In this document: positions 1 through 7,489 of the stretch, piece by piece
Layout: each line of letters begins with the position of its first letter
How positions within the stretch are numbered: the stretch's first letter is position 1
Source: Candidatus Rokuibacteriota bacterium
GTDB taxonomy: Bacteria; Methylomirabilota; Methylomirabilia; Rokubacteriales; CSP1-6
Assembly: GCA_016184305.1 (NCBI GenBank)
Contig: JACPCX010000037.1
Location: 1 to 11,742 of the forward strand
Direction: 5' to 3'
Length of the DNA stretch: 11,742 nucleotides
Notes under the pieces: generated by a model
Databases searched by the model: none
Seen by the model: only the letters and a program-made list of their open reading frames with translations
Told to the model about the DNA's origin: nothing
Program-made: the position numbers and the translations under genes

Positions 1-348
1 AGATATGACGGCGCGCGTGACGGCTTCTGGGTCGCATCCCTGGACGGGCGCGTGGAAGGCTCCATCACGATCGACGGGCTCCATGCGGAAACGGAGGGAG
101 CCCATCTCCGCTGGTTCATCATGTCCGATGGCTTGCGCGGCAGCGGGGTGGGCCAGCGTCTCATCACCGCCGCGATCGACTTCTGCCGCAGCACCGGCTA
201 CGAGCGGGTGTACCTCTGGACCTTCGAGGGCCTCGGCGCGGCGAGGCATCTCTACGAGAACGCTGGCTTCAGACTCGTCGAGCAACGCAGCGGAACGCAA
301 TGGGGCACCGCGGTCAACGAGCAGCGATTCGAGCTCCGGCTGGCATAG
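1..348 (+). CDS. GNAT family N-acetyltransferase, 5'-truncated by the window edge
   Basis: Frame 1 is open from base 1 (RYDGARDGFWVASLDGRVEGSITIDG...). It contains AHLRWF, the acetyl-CoA motif LRGSGVGQRL, VYLWTF and ARHLYENAGF. Stop TAG at 346-348. Confidence 0.9.
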   Translation, partial: RYDGARDGFWVASLDGRVEGSITIDGLHAETEGAHLRWFIMSDGLRGSGVGQRLITAAIDFCRSTGYERVYLWTFEGLGAARHLYENAGFRLVEQRSGTQWGTAVNEQRFELRLA

Positions 349-407
349 ACCCGGCTCGCTGTGCCGCCGTGACCACTTGGATTCGCGGGCGACCGCTCGA
401 CGGCGGC

Positions 408-452
408 AAGGATGCCTTGAGCCAGGCGGCCGCATTCCAGAAAGGCGCAGAT
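408..452 (-). pseudogene. Possible short relic of an IS91-family transposase zinc-binding N-terminus
   Basis: The minus strand reads ICAFLECGRLAQGIL, which resembles the recalled IS91-type segment 'xRAFLECGxLAHGF'. It is only about 15 codons and there is no full ORF. Confidence 0.3.
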
Positions 453-541
453 GGACTTCGAGAGCAGGCATCCATGGCCCGTTGGGTTAAAGTGGGCCCA
501 GGGGGGAGCGCCTCACTCGCCGCAACCCGGGGAGGGGACCC

Positions 542-1522
542 GTGATCCACACACCCGTCTGTGACCTGCTGCGGATTCGGCATCCGATCGTGCTGGGGGG
601 CATGGCCGGCGGCACTTCCGTGCCCCTCGTGGCGGCTGTCAGCAACGCGGGCGGCCTGGGGACGCTGGGGATCGCCCGCACCGCGGCCGAGCAGATTCCG
701 AAGGACATCGACGCCATCCGCGAGGCGACCAGGGGGGCCTTCGGCGTCAACGTCCTGCTCTTCGTGGCGCGCGATCGCGTCATCGAGGCGGCCATCAACG
801 CCCATCCGCCGGTGTTCTCCGCCGCCTGGGCCCGGGCGGATCAGGATCTGCCGGCGCTCTTCGGCCGTGCGCACGAGGCGGGCAGTCAGGTGATGTACAT
901 GGCCGGCACGGTGCCGGAGGCGCGGCGTGCCAAGGCGGCGGGGGCGGACGTGATCGTGGCGCAGGGCACGGAGGGCGGGGGGCACGTCGGCTGGATGGCG
1001 AGCATGGCGGTCCTGCCGATGATCGTGGACGCGGTGGGCTCGACACCGGTGCTGGCCGCCGGGGGCATCGCCGACGGCCGCGGGCTGGCCGCCGCGCTCG
1101 CGCTCGGGGCGCAGGGCGCCCTGCTGGGTACCCGCTTCCTGGCCACGAAGGAATCTCCGCTGCACCCCAACTTCAAGCAGGCCGTGCTCGACAGCGACGG
1201 GCACGACACGGTGCTGACGGAGATCCCGGACATCGCGCGCGCCAACGTCTGGCCTGGCGCCATGGCGCGCAGCCGGCGCAATGCCTTCATCGAGCGCTGG
1301 GCGGGCCGGGAATGGGAGCTGCGCGCCCGGCAGCCGGAGGCGGCCGCCGCCCTGCAACGGGCCCTGGAGACGGGGGATGCGGACAACGCCTCTCTGCTGT
1401 TCGGCCAGGACGCCGGGCTGATCCACGACATCCCGCCCGCGGGCGAGCTTGTGGAGCGCATCGTGGCCGAAGCGGAAGCCCTCCTGAAGGATCGCCTGCC
1501 CAGGCTCGTGCGGGTGGGCTGA
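542..1522 (+). CDS. Nitronate monooxygenase / 2-nitropropane dioxygenase family FMN-dependent oxidoreductase (326 aa)
   Basis: Motifs PIVLGGMAG, AAVSNAGGLG, FGVN, AQGTEGGGHVG (conserved His), LAAGGIADGRG, GTRFLATKES and GQDAGLI. A GGAGG SD precedes the GTG start. Confidence 0.93.
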   Translation: MIHTPVCDLLRIRHPIVLGGMAGGTSVPLVAAVSNAGGLGTLGIARTAAEQIPKDIDAIREATRGAFGVNVLLFVARDRVIEAAINAHPPVFSAAWARADQDLPALFGRAHEAGSQVMYMAGTVPEARRAKAAGADVIVAQGTEGGGHVGWMASMAVLPMIVDAVGSTPVLAAGGIADGRGLAAALALGAQGALLGTRFLATKESPLHPNFKQAVLDSDGHDTVLTEIPDIARANVWPGAMARSRRNAFIERWAGREWELRARQPEAAAALQRALETGDADNASLLFGQDAGLIHDIPPAGELVERIVAEAEALLKDRLPRLVRVG

Positions 1523-1720
1523 GCGGCATTCCTTCGTCTCCCGAACGTGGACAACGGAGGCGGCTGCGCCTTCACGATCGAAAGCCTCCTCGGGCCCTTC
1601 CCTCGGCTGAGCGAGACTACGCGCTGTGTCCGGAAAGGCGCGACGATGGCGTGGAACCCCGAAGCCACCGAGCAGGCCCGGGGAAACGTGCGCGCGCAGC
1701 TCGCCGAGCTTCTGAGGTAG
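1523..1720 (+). pseudogene. C-terminal remnant of a probable dienelactone hydrolase-like (alpha/beta hydrolase) gene
   Basis: A 65-codon open frame with no convincing start: AAFLRLPNVDNGGGCAFTIESLLGPFPRLSETTRCVRKGATMAWNPEATEQARGNVRAQLAELLR*. The 'GAT.AWNPEA.EQAR..V...L' ending resembles the terminal helix of dienelactone hydrolase-like proteins (recalled, not searched). Confidence 0.5.
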
Positions 1721-1734
1721 CGCCGTTTTTTGGC

Positions 1735-1764
1735 TTGCCCCCGGGGCGAGGCTGGCGCTATGCT
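1735..1764 (+). promoter_or_regulatory. Putative sigma70 promoter for the receiver-domain gene
   Basis: TTGCCC (1735-1740), an 18-bp spacer, then TATGCT (1759-1764), preceded by a T-tract. Confidence 0.45.
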
Positions 1765-1820
1765 TGCCCCAGCCCGTTGTGGGTCGTGAGAGACGAGACC
1801 CCATGATGTTGGAGGTGAGC

Positions 1821-2243
1821 ATGTCGGGGAACGTGGCGCAGGTGGGCGTGGGGGAGAGGCTGCGACCGCCGGGTCCCAGCGTGCTGGTGGTGGACGACGA
1901 GCCGGGGATCGCTTCTCTGCTTGCGGACCTGCTGGAGCTGGATGGCTACCGGGTCGCCACGGCGCCGAACGGGCGGGCGGCGCTGGACAGGCTCCAGGCG
2001 GGCGGCTTCGATGCCATCGTGAGCGACGTGCGCATGCCCGAGCTGGACGGGCCGGGCCTCTACCGAGAGGTGGAGCGGCTCGACCCCGCCCTCGCTCACC
2101 GCATGGTGTTCGTGACCGGCAACGTGTTCACCGACGACACGGCCGACTTCTTCGCGGCCACCGGCGCCCCATGGCTCCGCAAGCCCTTCGCGCTGGGTGA
2201 CGTCCAGCGGGTGCTGCAGCAGGTCCTGGCCCTCTCACGCTGA
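1821..2243 (+). CDS. Stand-alone response regulator receiver (CheY-like) protein, about 140 aa
   Basis: VLVVDDE acidic pocket, phosphoacceptor Asp in IVSDVRMP, VFVTG and RKPF, with no output domain. GGAGG at 1811-1815 supports the ATG at 1821 over the ORF-track start at 1764. Confidence 0.9.
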   Translation: MSGNVAQVGVGERLRPPGPSVLVVDDEPGIASLLADLLELDGYRVATAPNGRAALDRLQAGGFDAIVSDVRMPELDGPGLYREVERLDPALAHRMVFVTGNVFTDDTADFFAATGAPWLRKPFALGDVQRVLQQVLALSR

Positions 2244-2310
2244 CCCGCCGCCGCTGACCACGCGAGGGGGGGCGCGGCGCCCGGATCCGGCCCCGGGGAG
2301 GCCGGCGCAG

Positions 2311-2316
2311 TAGACT
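2311..2316 (+). promoter_or_regulatory. -10 box of a probable leaderless transcript (DUF72 relic)
   Basis: TAGACT lies 6 nt before ATG 2323, and there is no SD sequence. Confidence 0.45.
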
Positions 2317-2322
2317 TCTCCC

Positions 2323-2659
2323 ATGGATCTCGCGGACCCGATCCTCCGCTACGCCCCTCCACGCCGGTCCGCACCGAGTACCGCGTCGGCCTCTGCGCCT
2401 GGCAGGACCGCAGCATGATCGAGCGCGGCCGCAGTGGGCCTTCGCGACCTTCAGGGAGGCGCTCCGGCCGCTCCAGGAGGCGGGCAAGCTCGCCTATGTG
2501 CTCTTCCAGGAGGATGCCCCGGCCATCAACGGCATCCAGATCAAGGAGCTGCTGGGCCAGCCCGTGCCGGACCGCGAGGGGGTCCTGGCCGAGTGGCGGG
2601 AGCGCAGGCGGCAGCAGCGATCGCGCCCCCCGGCGCCCTGGCCGAGCGGGGAATGCTAG
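2323..2659 (+). pseudogene. DUF72 (YecE/YunF-like) pseudogene with frameshifts and two large internal deletions
   Basis: Three frames give MDLADPILRYA, then PSTPVRTEYRVGLCAWQDRSMIERG, then QWAFATFREALRPLQEAGKLAYVLFQ|EDAPAINGIQIKELLGQPVPDREGVLAEWRERRR...*. These match recalled DUF72 N-terminal (RxGxxxW), central (ALxPL..AGKL..VLFQ) and C-terminal motifs within only about 340 bp. Confidence 0.75.
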
Positions 2660-2662
2660 AAT
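2654..2662 (+). promoter_or_regulatory. Extended -10 promoter upstream of the FmdB-type gene
   Basis: TGC-TAGAAT fits TGn-TAnnnT and is followed by a GGAGG SD and the GTG at 2699. Confidence 0.55.
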
Positions 2663-2698
2663 GACGGGCAGCCCCAGAACCGCGCGGAGGAGTGTGAG

Positions 2699-2980
2699 GT
2701 GCCGATCTACGAGTACGAATGCCACGGCTGTCGCCGCCGGGTGAGCCTGCTGGTGCTCTCGCCGTCCACCGCCGCCCCCCCGGTCTGCCCCCGCTGCGGC
2801 AGCGCCGAGCTGTCCCGCCTCATGTCACGCTTCGCCACCGTCAAATCCGAGGACGCCCGGCTCGACTCCCTCGCCGATCCCTCGCAGTACGGCGATCTCG
2901 ACGAGAACGACCCGCGCAGCGTGGCCCGCTTCATGAAGCGCATGGGTCAGGAGATGGGCGAGGACATGGGGGAGGACGTG
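2699..2980 (+). CDS. FmdB-family zinc-ribbon protein, 3' end disrupted by the repeat element (possible pseudogene)
   Basis: MPIYEYECHGC...CPRCGSAELSRLMSRFA (two CxxC), followed by an acidic tail ending ...MGQEMGEDMGEDV. The frame then enters the repeat and has no stop until 3724, running out of frame through the next gene. Confidence 0.8.
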
Positions 2981-2981
2981 G

Positions 2982-3119
2982 CAGGATGCGGAACCACCCC
3001 GCAGGCCGCTCAAACAGGTCCAGATGCGAGGCGGCGAGGGAGGCGTACTCGCCGTACGTTGAGCGAGGAGCGACCAGCGCCGTACCTCCGCAGATGGGCC
3101 TGTTTCAGCGGCCTGCTAG
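2982..3119 (+). mobile_element. Palindromic MITE-like repeat, copy 1
   Basis: Inverted arms GCAGGCCGCTCAAACAGGTCCA (3001-3022) and TGGGCCTGTTTCAGCGGCCTGC (3095-3116) match at 20/22 positions, and the element ends in CTAG. It is homologous to the reverse complement of 11319-11530. Confidence 0.8.
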
Positions 3120-3125
3120 CTGGGC

Positions 3126-4112
3126 ATGAAGGTCGAGTCTCTCTCCGGCTTCGAAGGGCTGGACGCTGCCCGCTGGAACGCCCTCGTCGCGGGCTCCTCG
3201 CTCCCCTCGGTATTCCTCAGCTGGCAGTGGCAGACGGCCTGGGCCCGCGCCTTCCTCGGTGGCCGGGCGCTCGGGCTCCTCGCCGTCTCCGAGGACAGCG
3301 GCGCCCTGGCCGGCCTCCTGCCGCTTTACGAAGAGGCCGAGGGCCCGCTCATGCGCTTCGTCGGCGGCGTGGATGTCTCCGACTACCTGGATCTGATCGC
3401 GCCGGCAGGGCGCGAGGAGGAGATCTGGGGGGCGCTCCTGGAGCACCGGGCGGCGGCCGCGGGCGAGTGGGACCTGCACGGGATCAGGGCGGCCTCGCCG
3501 ACGCTCGCGCTGCTGCCCGCGCTGGCGCCGCGCCACGGGATCGAGGCCCGGATCACGCGGGAGGAGCGCTGCCCGGTCCTGGCGCTGCCGCCGACCTGGG
3601 ATGCCTACCTCGCGCGGCTGTCGGGCAAGGACCGCCACGAGCTGCGGCGGAAGATGCGCCGGCTCGAGGCCGAGCTGCCCGGGACCAAGACCCGCAGCCT
3701 GGCTGGCCCCGATGGGTGGGATGAGGGCATGACCGAGTTCCTGCGCCTGCACCGCCTGTCGCGAGCCGGCAAGGCGCGCTTCATGGACGAGACCATGGAG
3801 CGCTTCTTCCGCGAGGCCCTCGGGGCGCTGGCCGAGGCGGGGTGGGCGCGGCTCTGGTTCCTCGACTCTGACGGCGCTCCCATCGCCGCCTTCCTCTGCC
3901 TGGAGTATGGCGGGACAGTCGGCCTCTACAACTCGGGCTTCGATCCGACCCGGGCTCGCCTGGCTCCGGGCATCGTGCTGCTGGCGCATGTGATCAGGGA
4001 CGCCATCGAGCGCGGTTTCGCCATCTTCGACTTCCTGCGTGGCGAGGAGCCCTACAAGTACGCCTTCGGTCCGGCGCCCACAGATCTCTTCAATGTCCGG
4101 GTGGCGCCGTGA
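3126..4112 (+). CDS. CelD/BcsL-like GNAT family acetyltransferase (Acetyltransf_6 type), 328 aa
   Basis: W..L......VFLSWQWQTAW, LAGLLPL, VSDYLDLI, TWDAYLARLSGKDRHELRRKMRR, YNSGFDP..ARLAPGIVLL and FDFLRGEEPYKY are typical of this family. The stop overlaps the next start (GTGA). Confidence 0.88.
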   Translation: MKVESLSGFEGLDAARWNALVAGSSLPSVFLSWQWQTAWARAFLGGRALGLLAVSEDSGALAGLLPLYEEAEGPLMRFVGGVDVSDYLDLIAPAGREEEIWGALLEHRAAAAGEWDLHGIRAASPTLALLPALAPRHGIEARITREERCPVLALPPTWDAYLARLSGKDRHELRRKMRRLEAELPGTKTRSLAGPDGWDEGMTEFLRLHRLSRAGKARFMDETMERFFREALGALAEAGWARLWFLDSDGAPIAAFLCLEYGGTVGLYNSGFDPTRARLAPGIVLLAHVIRDAIERGFAIFDFLRGEEPYKYAFGPAPTDLFNVRVAP

Positions 4113-5371
4113 GGCTCCGGGTCGCGATCCTGTCCGTCCACACCTGCCCGCTGGCCGCGCTCGGCGGGAAGGAAACGGGCGGCATGAACGTCTACGTGCG
4201 CGCCACCGCCCGCGAGCTGGGCCGCATGGGGGTTCACGTGGACGTGTTCACCCGGTCCCAGAATCCGGGCATCCGCCGGGTGGTGGAGCTGGGAACGGGG
4301 GCGCGTGTGATCCACCTGCCGGCGGGCCCCGAGGCGCCCATGGCGCGCGAGGTGGTGCACCGGCACCTGCACGAGTTCGTGGATGGCGTGGAGGCCCACC
4401 GCCGCGCCGAGGGCCTCGAGTACGACCTGGTCCACGGCCACTACTGGCTCTCCGGGGTGGCCGGCCTGGCGCTGCGGGAGTCGTGGGGTGTCCCGCTCGT
4501 CCAGATGTTCCACACGCTGGGCCGGCTCAAGAACTCGGTGGCGAAGACGCCCGCCGAGGTGGAGCCGGAGATCCGGCTGTCGGAGGAGGACCGGATCGTC
4601 CGCCTCGCGGACCGGGTGGTTGCCGCCAACGTGGTGGAGCGCGCGCATCTCGCCTGGTACTACGGCGCCTCGACCGACCGGATCGCCGTCATCCCCTGTG
4701 GCGTCGACACCGAGCTCTTCCGGCCCATGCCCCAGCTTGAAGCCAAGAGGCTGCTCGCGCTGCCGCCGGACCCGCTCTTGCTCTACGTCGGACGGCTCCA
4801 GCCCATCAAGGGGCTCGAGACCCTCCTGGAGGCCATGACCGCGCTCGACGGGGCCGCCCAGCTGCTCATCGTGGGCGGGGATCAGGACGAGCCGGAGAAC
4901 GGCCACGCCGACTACCTGAGGGAGCGCGTCAGCGTGCTGGGCCTGAGGGAGCGCGTGAGCTTCCTCGGCGCCCAGCCCCAGGAGCGACTGCGCCTCTTCT
5001 ACGCGGCCGCGGATGCCACCGTCATGCCGTCCTACTACGAGTCCTTCGGCATGGTGGCACTGGAGGCCATGGCCTGCGGCAGCCCCGTGATCGCCTCGCG
5101 GGTCGGCGGGCTCACGACTACTGTGCGGGACGGCGTCACCGGCTTCCTCGTTCCTGAAGGCGACGCAGGGGCGCTCGCCGAGCGCGTGGCCCTGCTCCTC
5201 GAGGACAGGGGGCGGCGGGCGCAACTCGGTCGCGAGGCGCAGCGCTGGGCCGCCGAGCACCGCTGGCCATGCGTCGCCGAGGCGGTGTGCCGCCTCTATT
5301 CCGACCTCCGCCCCAGCGCCTCCGGTCACCTCGCCCGCGCGCGCTGCCGCTCCAGTCACGGGAGTTCGTGA
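4109..5371 (+). CDS. GT4 glycosyltransferase, MshA (D-inositol-3-phosphate glycosyltransferase)-like, 420 aa
   Basis: [60 protein letters not shown] and [18 protein letters not shown] (E-x7-E motif) parallel the MshA motifs. Confidence 0.9.
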   Translation: MRLRVAILSVHTCPLAALGGKETGGMNVYVRATARELGRMGVHVDVFTRSQNPGIRRVVELGTGARVIHLPAGPEAPMAREVVHRHLHEFVDGVEAHRRAEGLEYDLVHGHYWLSGVAGLALRESWGVPLVQMFHTLGRLKNSVAKTPAEVEPEIRLSEEDRIVRLADRVVAANVVERAHLAWYYGASTDRIAVIPCGVDTELFRPMPQLEAKRLLALPPDPLLLYVGRLQPIKGLETLLEAMTALDGAAQLLIVGGDQDEPENGHADYLRERVSVLGLRERVSFLGAQPQERLRLFYAAADATVMPSYYESFGMVALEAMACGSPVIASRVGGLTTTVRDGVTGFLVPEGDAGALAERVALLLEDRGRRAQLGREAQRWAAEHRWPCVAEAVCRLYSDLRPSASGHLARARCRSSHGSS

Positions 5372-5383
5372 CCCCCGCCCTCG

Positions 5384-5392
5384 TGCTAGACT
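5384..5392 (+). promoter_or_regulatory. Extended -10 promoter, probably giving a leaderless or near-leaderless dppD transcript
   Basis: TGC-TAGACT ends 8 nt before ATG 5401, and there is no SD sequence. Confidence 0.55.
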
Positions 5393-5400
5393 GCCGCCCC

Positions 5401-6393
5401 ATGGATGCCCTCCTCGACGTGAGGGATCTCCAGACCCAGTTCGCCACCAGCGGTGGCATCGTGCGCGCCGTGGATGGCGTCTCCTGGGACGTCCAGGCCG
5501 GGGAGACCGTGGCCCTGGTGGGCGAGTCCGGCTGCGGCAAGTCCGTCAGCGCGCTCTCGGTGATGCGGCTCGTGGCGGCTCCCGCGGGGCGGATTCTCTG
5601 TGGCCAGATCCTCTTCAAGGGACGGGATCTCCTCACGCTCTCCGAGGACGAGATGCGCCGGATCCGCGGGCGGGAGATCACCATGATCTTCCAGGAGCCC
5701 ATGACCTCGCTGAACCCGGTGCTAACCATCGGCCGGCAAGTCACCGAGACCCTGGAGATCCACCTCGAGATGACACCCGCCCAGTCCCGGACCCGGGCCA
5801 CGGAGATACTCACGCTGGTGGGGATCGCGGAGCCGGAGCGGCGGCTCGGCCAGTACCCGCACCAGTTCAGCGGCGGCATGCGCCAGCGGATCATGATCGC
5901 CATGGCCCTGGCCTGCAACCCGGCGCTCATCCTTGCCGACGAGCCGACCACGGCGCTGGATGTGACCATCCAGGCCCAGATCCTGGAGCTCCTGAAGGAC
6001 CTGTCCCGCAAGCTCGGCGTCGCGATGCTCATGATCACCCACAACCTCGGCGTCGTGGCCCGCTACGCCGACCGGGTCAACGTGATGTACGCGGGCCGGA
6101 TCGTGGAGCGGGGGACCGCCCGGGAGATCTACGCCAATCCCCGCCATCCCTACACGCTCGGCCTGCTCCGCTCCGTGCCGCGGCTCGACGAGCCCAAGAA
6201 GGCCAAGCTCGCGCCCATCCCGGGGCAGCCCCCGGACCTCACGCGACTGCCGCCCGGCTGTTCCTTCGCCCCGCGCTGCGCCTTCGCCATCGAGCGCTGC
6301 CGGGCCGAGCGGCCCGAGCTGGAGACGGTGGGGCCCGAGCACGTCTCGGCCTGCTGGGTGGCAGGGCAGCTGGGAAAGGACGGGCGCGGGTGA
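5401..6393 (+). CDS. dppD: Dipeptide/oligopeptide ABC transporter ATP-binding protein (DppD/OppD family), 330 aa
   Basis: Walker [20 protein letters not shown], signature FSGGMRQR, Walker [18 protein letters not shown] and a C-terminal HPYT...GCSFAPRC...SAC domain. The ORF-track start at 5269 overlaps the upstream gene; the real start is ATG 5401 ([10 protein letters not shown]). Confidence 0.95.
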   Translation: MDALLDVRDLQTQFATSGGIVRAVDGVSWDVQAGETVALVGESGCGKSVSALSVMRLVAAPAGRILCGQILFKGRDLLTLSEDEMRRIRGREITMIFQEPMTSLNPVLTIGRQVTETLEIHLEMTPAQSRTRATEILTLVGIAEPERRLGQYPHQFSGGMRQRIMIAMALACNPALILADEPTTALDVTIQAQILELLKDLSRKLGVAMLMITHNLGVVARYADRVNVMYAGRIVERGTAREIYANPRHPYTLGLLRSVPRLDEPKKAKLAPIPGQPPDLTRLPPGCSFAPRCAFAIERCRAERPELETVGPEHVSACWVAGQLGKDGRG

Positions 6394-7364
6394 GCGACGT
6401 CATTCTCGAGGTCCGCGACCTGGTGAAGCACTTTCCGGTGGGCGGCGGCTTTTTCGGGGGCAAGCCCGCCGTGGTCAAGGCCGTGGACGGTGTGAGCTTC
6501 TCGATCCGGCGCGGCGAGACGCTCGGTCTCGTCGGGGAGTCGGGCTGCGGAAAGACCACCACGGGCCGCTGCATTCTCCAGCTCGAGAAGCCCACCAGCG
6601 GCCAGATCATCTTCGAGGGGCAGGAGCTCACGGCCTTCAGCGAGAAGGAGCTCCGGAAGGTCCGGCGCCGGATGCAGGTGATCTTCCAGGACCCGTACAG
6701 CTCGCTGAACCCGCGCATGACTGTCGGGCAGATGATCGCCGAGCCCCTGGCCGTCCACGCTATCGTCCCCGAGCGCTGGGCGCGGAAGGCGCGGGTGACG
6801 CAGCTCTTGTCGCACGCGGGGCTCCTGCCGGCCATGGCCGACCGCTACCCCCACGAGCTGTCGGGCGGCCAGCGGCAGCGGGTCGGCGTCGCGCGGGCGC
6901 TGGCCATGGAGCCGAGCCTCATCATCTGCGACGAGCCGGTCTCGGCGCTGGACGTCTCGATCCAGGCCCAGATCATCAACTTGCTGGAGGAGCTGCAGGC
7001 CGAGTTCGGGCTCACGTACCTCTTCGTGGCCCATGACCTCTCGGTGGTGCGGCACATCTCCGATCGCGTGGCCGTCATGTACCTCGGCAAGATCGCGGAG
7101 ATCACCGATCGGAAATCGCTCTACGAGAGGCCGCAGCACCCGTACACGAAGGCCCTGCTCTCTGCCGTCCCGATCCCGGATCCCGCGGTGGAGGCGGGCC
7201 GCGAGCGGGTCGTCCTCGGGGGCGAGGTGCCGAGCCCCCTCAGCCCGCCGCCAGGCTGCGTCTTCCACCCCCGCTGCCCCATCGCCGTGGACGAGTGCCG
7301 GCGCATCGTCCCCGAGCTCCGGGAGGTGCGGCCGGATCATCGGGCGGCGTGCATCCGGATCTGA
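6390..7364 (+). CDS. dppF: Dipeptide/oligopeptide ABC transporter ATP-binding protein (DppF/OppF family), 324 aa
   Basis: [56 protein letters not shown] and [12 protein letters not shown] overlap with dppD. Confidence 0.95.
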   Translation: MSDVILEVRDLVKHFPVGGGFFGGKPAVVKAVDGVSFSIRRGETLGLVGESGCGKTTTGRCILQLEKPTSGQIIFEGQELTAFSEKELRKVRRRMQVIFQDPYSSLNPRMTVGQMIAEPLAVHAIVPERWARKARVTQLLSHAGLLPAMADRYPHELSGGQRQRVGVARALAMEPSLIICDEPVSALDVSIQAQIINLLEELQAEFGLTYLFVAHDLSVVRHISDRVAVMYLGKIAEITDRKSLYERPQHPYTKALLSAVPIPDPAVEAGRERVVLGGEVPSPLSPPPGCVFHPRCPIAVDECRRIVPELREVRPDHRAACIRI

Positions 7365-7375
7365 CGGAGCTCGCC

Positions 7376-7404
7376 TTGACAGGAGGCGGGGGGCTGGCTA
7401 AGGT
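7376..7404 (+). promoter_or_regulatory. Internal sigma70 promoter for the dppA-B-C segment
   Basis: Perfect TTGACA (7376-7381), a 17-bp spacer, then TAAGGT (7399-7404). Confidence 0.65.
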
Positions 7405-7489
7405 ACGGGCACCCGCGGGAACCGTCCCGCCCCTTGCCGGGTTGAAGTTGCATGCGGACGCGCCGTTTCTCGTGGCGCGGAGGTGGCAG

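Noticed and set aside
1520..1522. Selenocysteine or programmed readthrough at the NMO TGA
   Set aside because: The NMO domain is already complete, the position is not a catalytic Cys site, and no SECIS-like hairpin is evident. A deletion relic explains the open frame more simply.
2244..2310. GC-rich palindromes after the receiver gene as an intrinsic terminator
   Set aside because: The stems are short and have no U-tract, which is expected by chance at this GC content.
2982..3119. CRISPR repeat, tRNA or riboswitch interpretation of the repeat
   Set aside because: There is no repeat-spacer periodicity, no cloverleaf or T-loop and no recognisable aptamer. The copies lie in opposite orientations relative to transcription.
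2699..3724. 341-aa ORF as a real FmdB fusion protein
   Set aside because: After residue ~94 it translates the repeat and then an alternative frame of the GNAT gene, giving Arg/Gly/Pro-rich sequence with no domain.
3126..4112. Calling this GNAT mshD (mycothiol synthase)
   Set aside because: Its motifs are of the CelD/BcsL (Acetyltransf_6) type, not those of the MshD tandem GNAT.
5269..5400. N-terminal extension of DppD in the ORF track
   Set aside because: It overlaps the GT4 gene and is Pro/Arg-rich; family similarity begins at ATG 5401.
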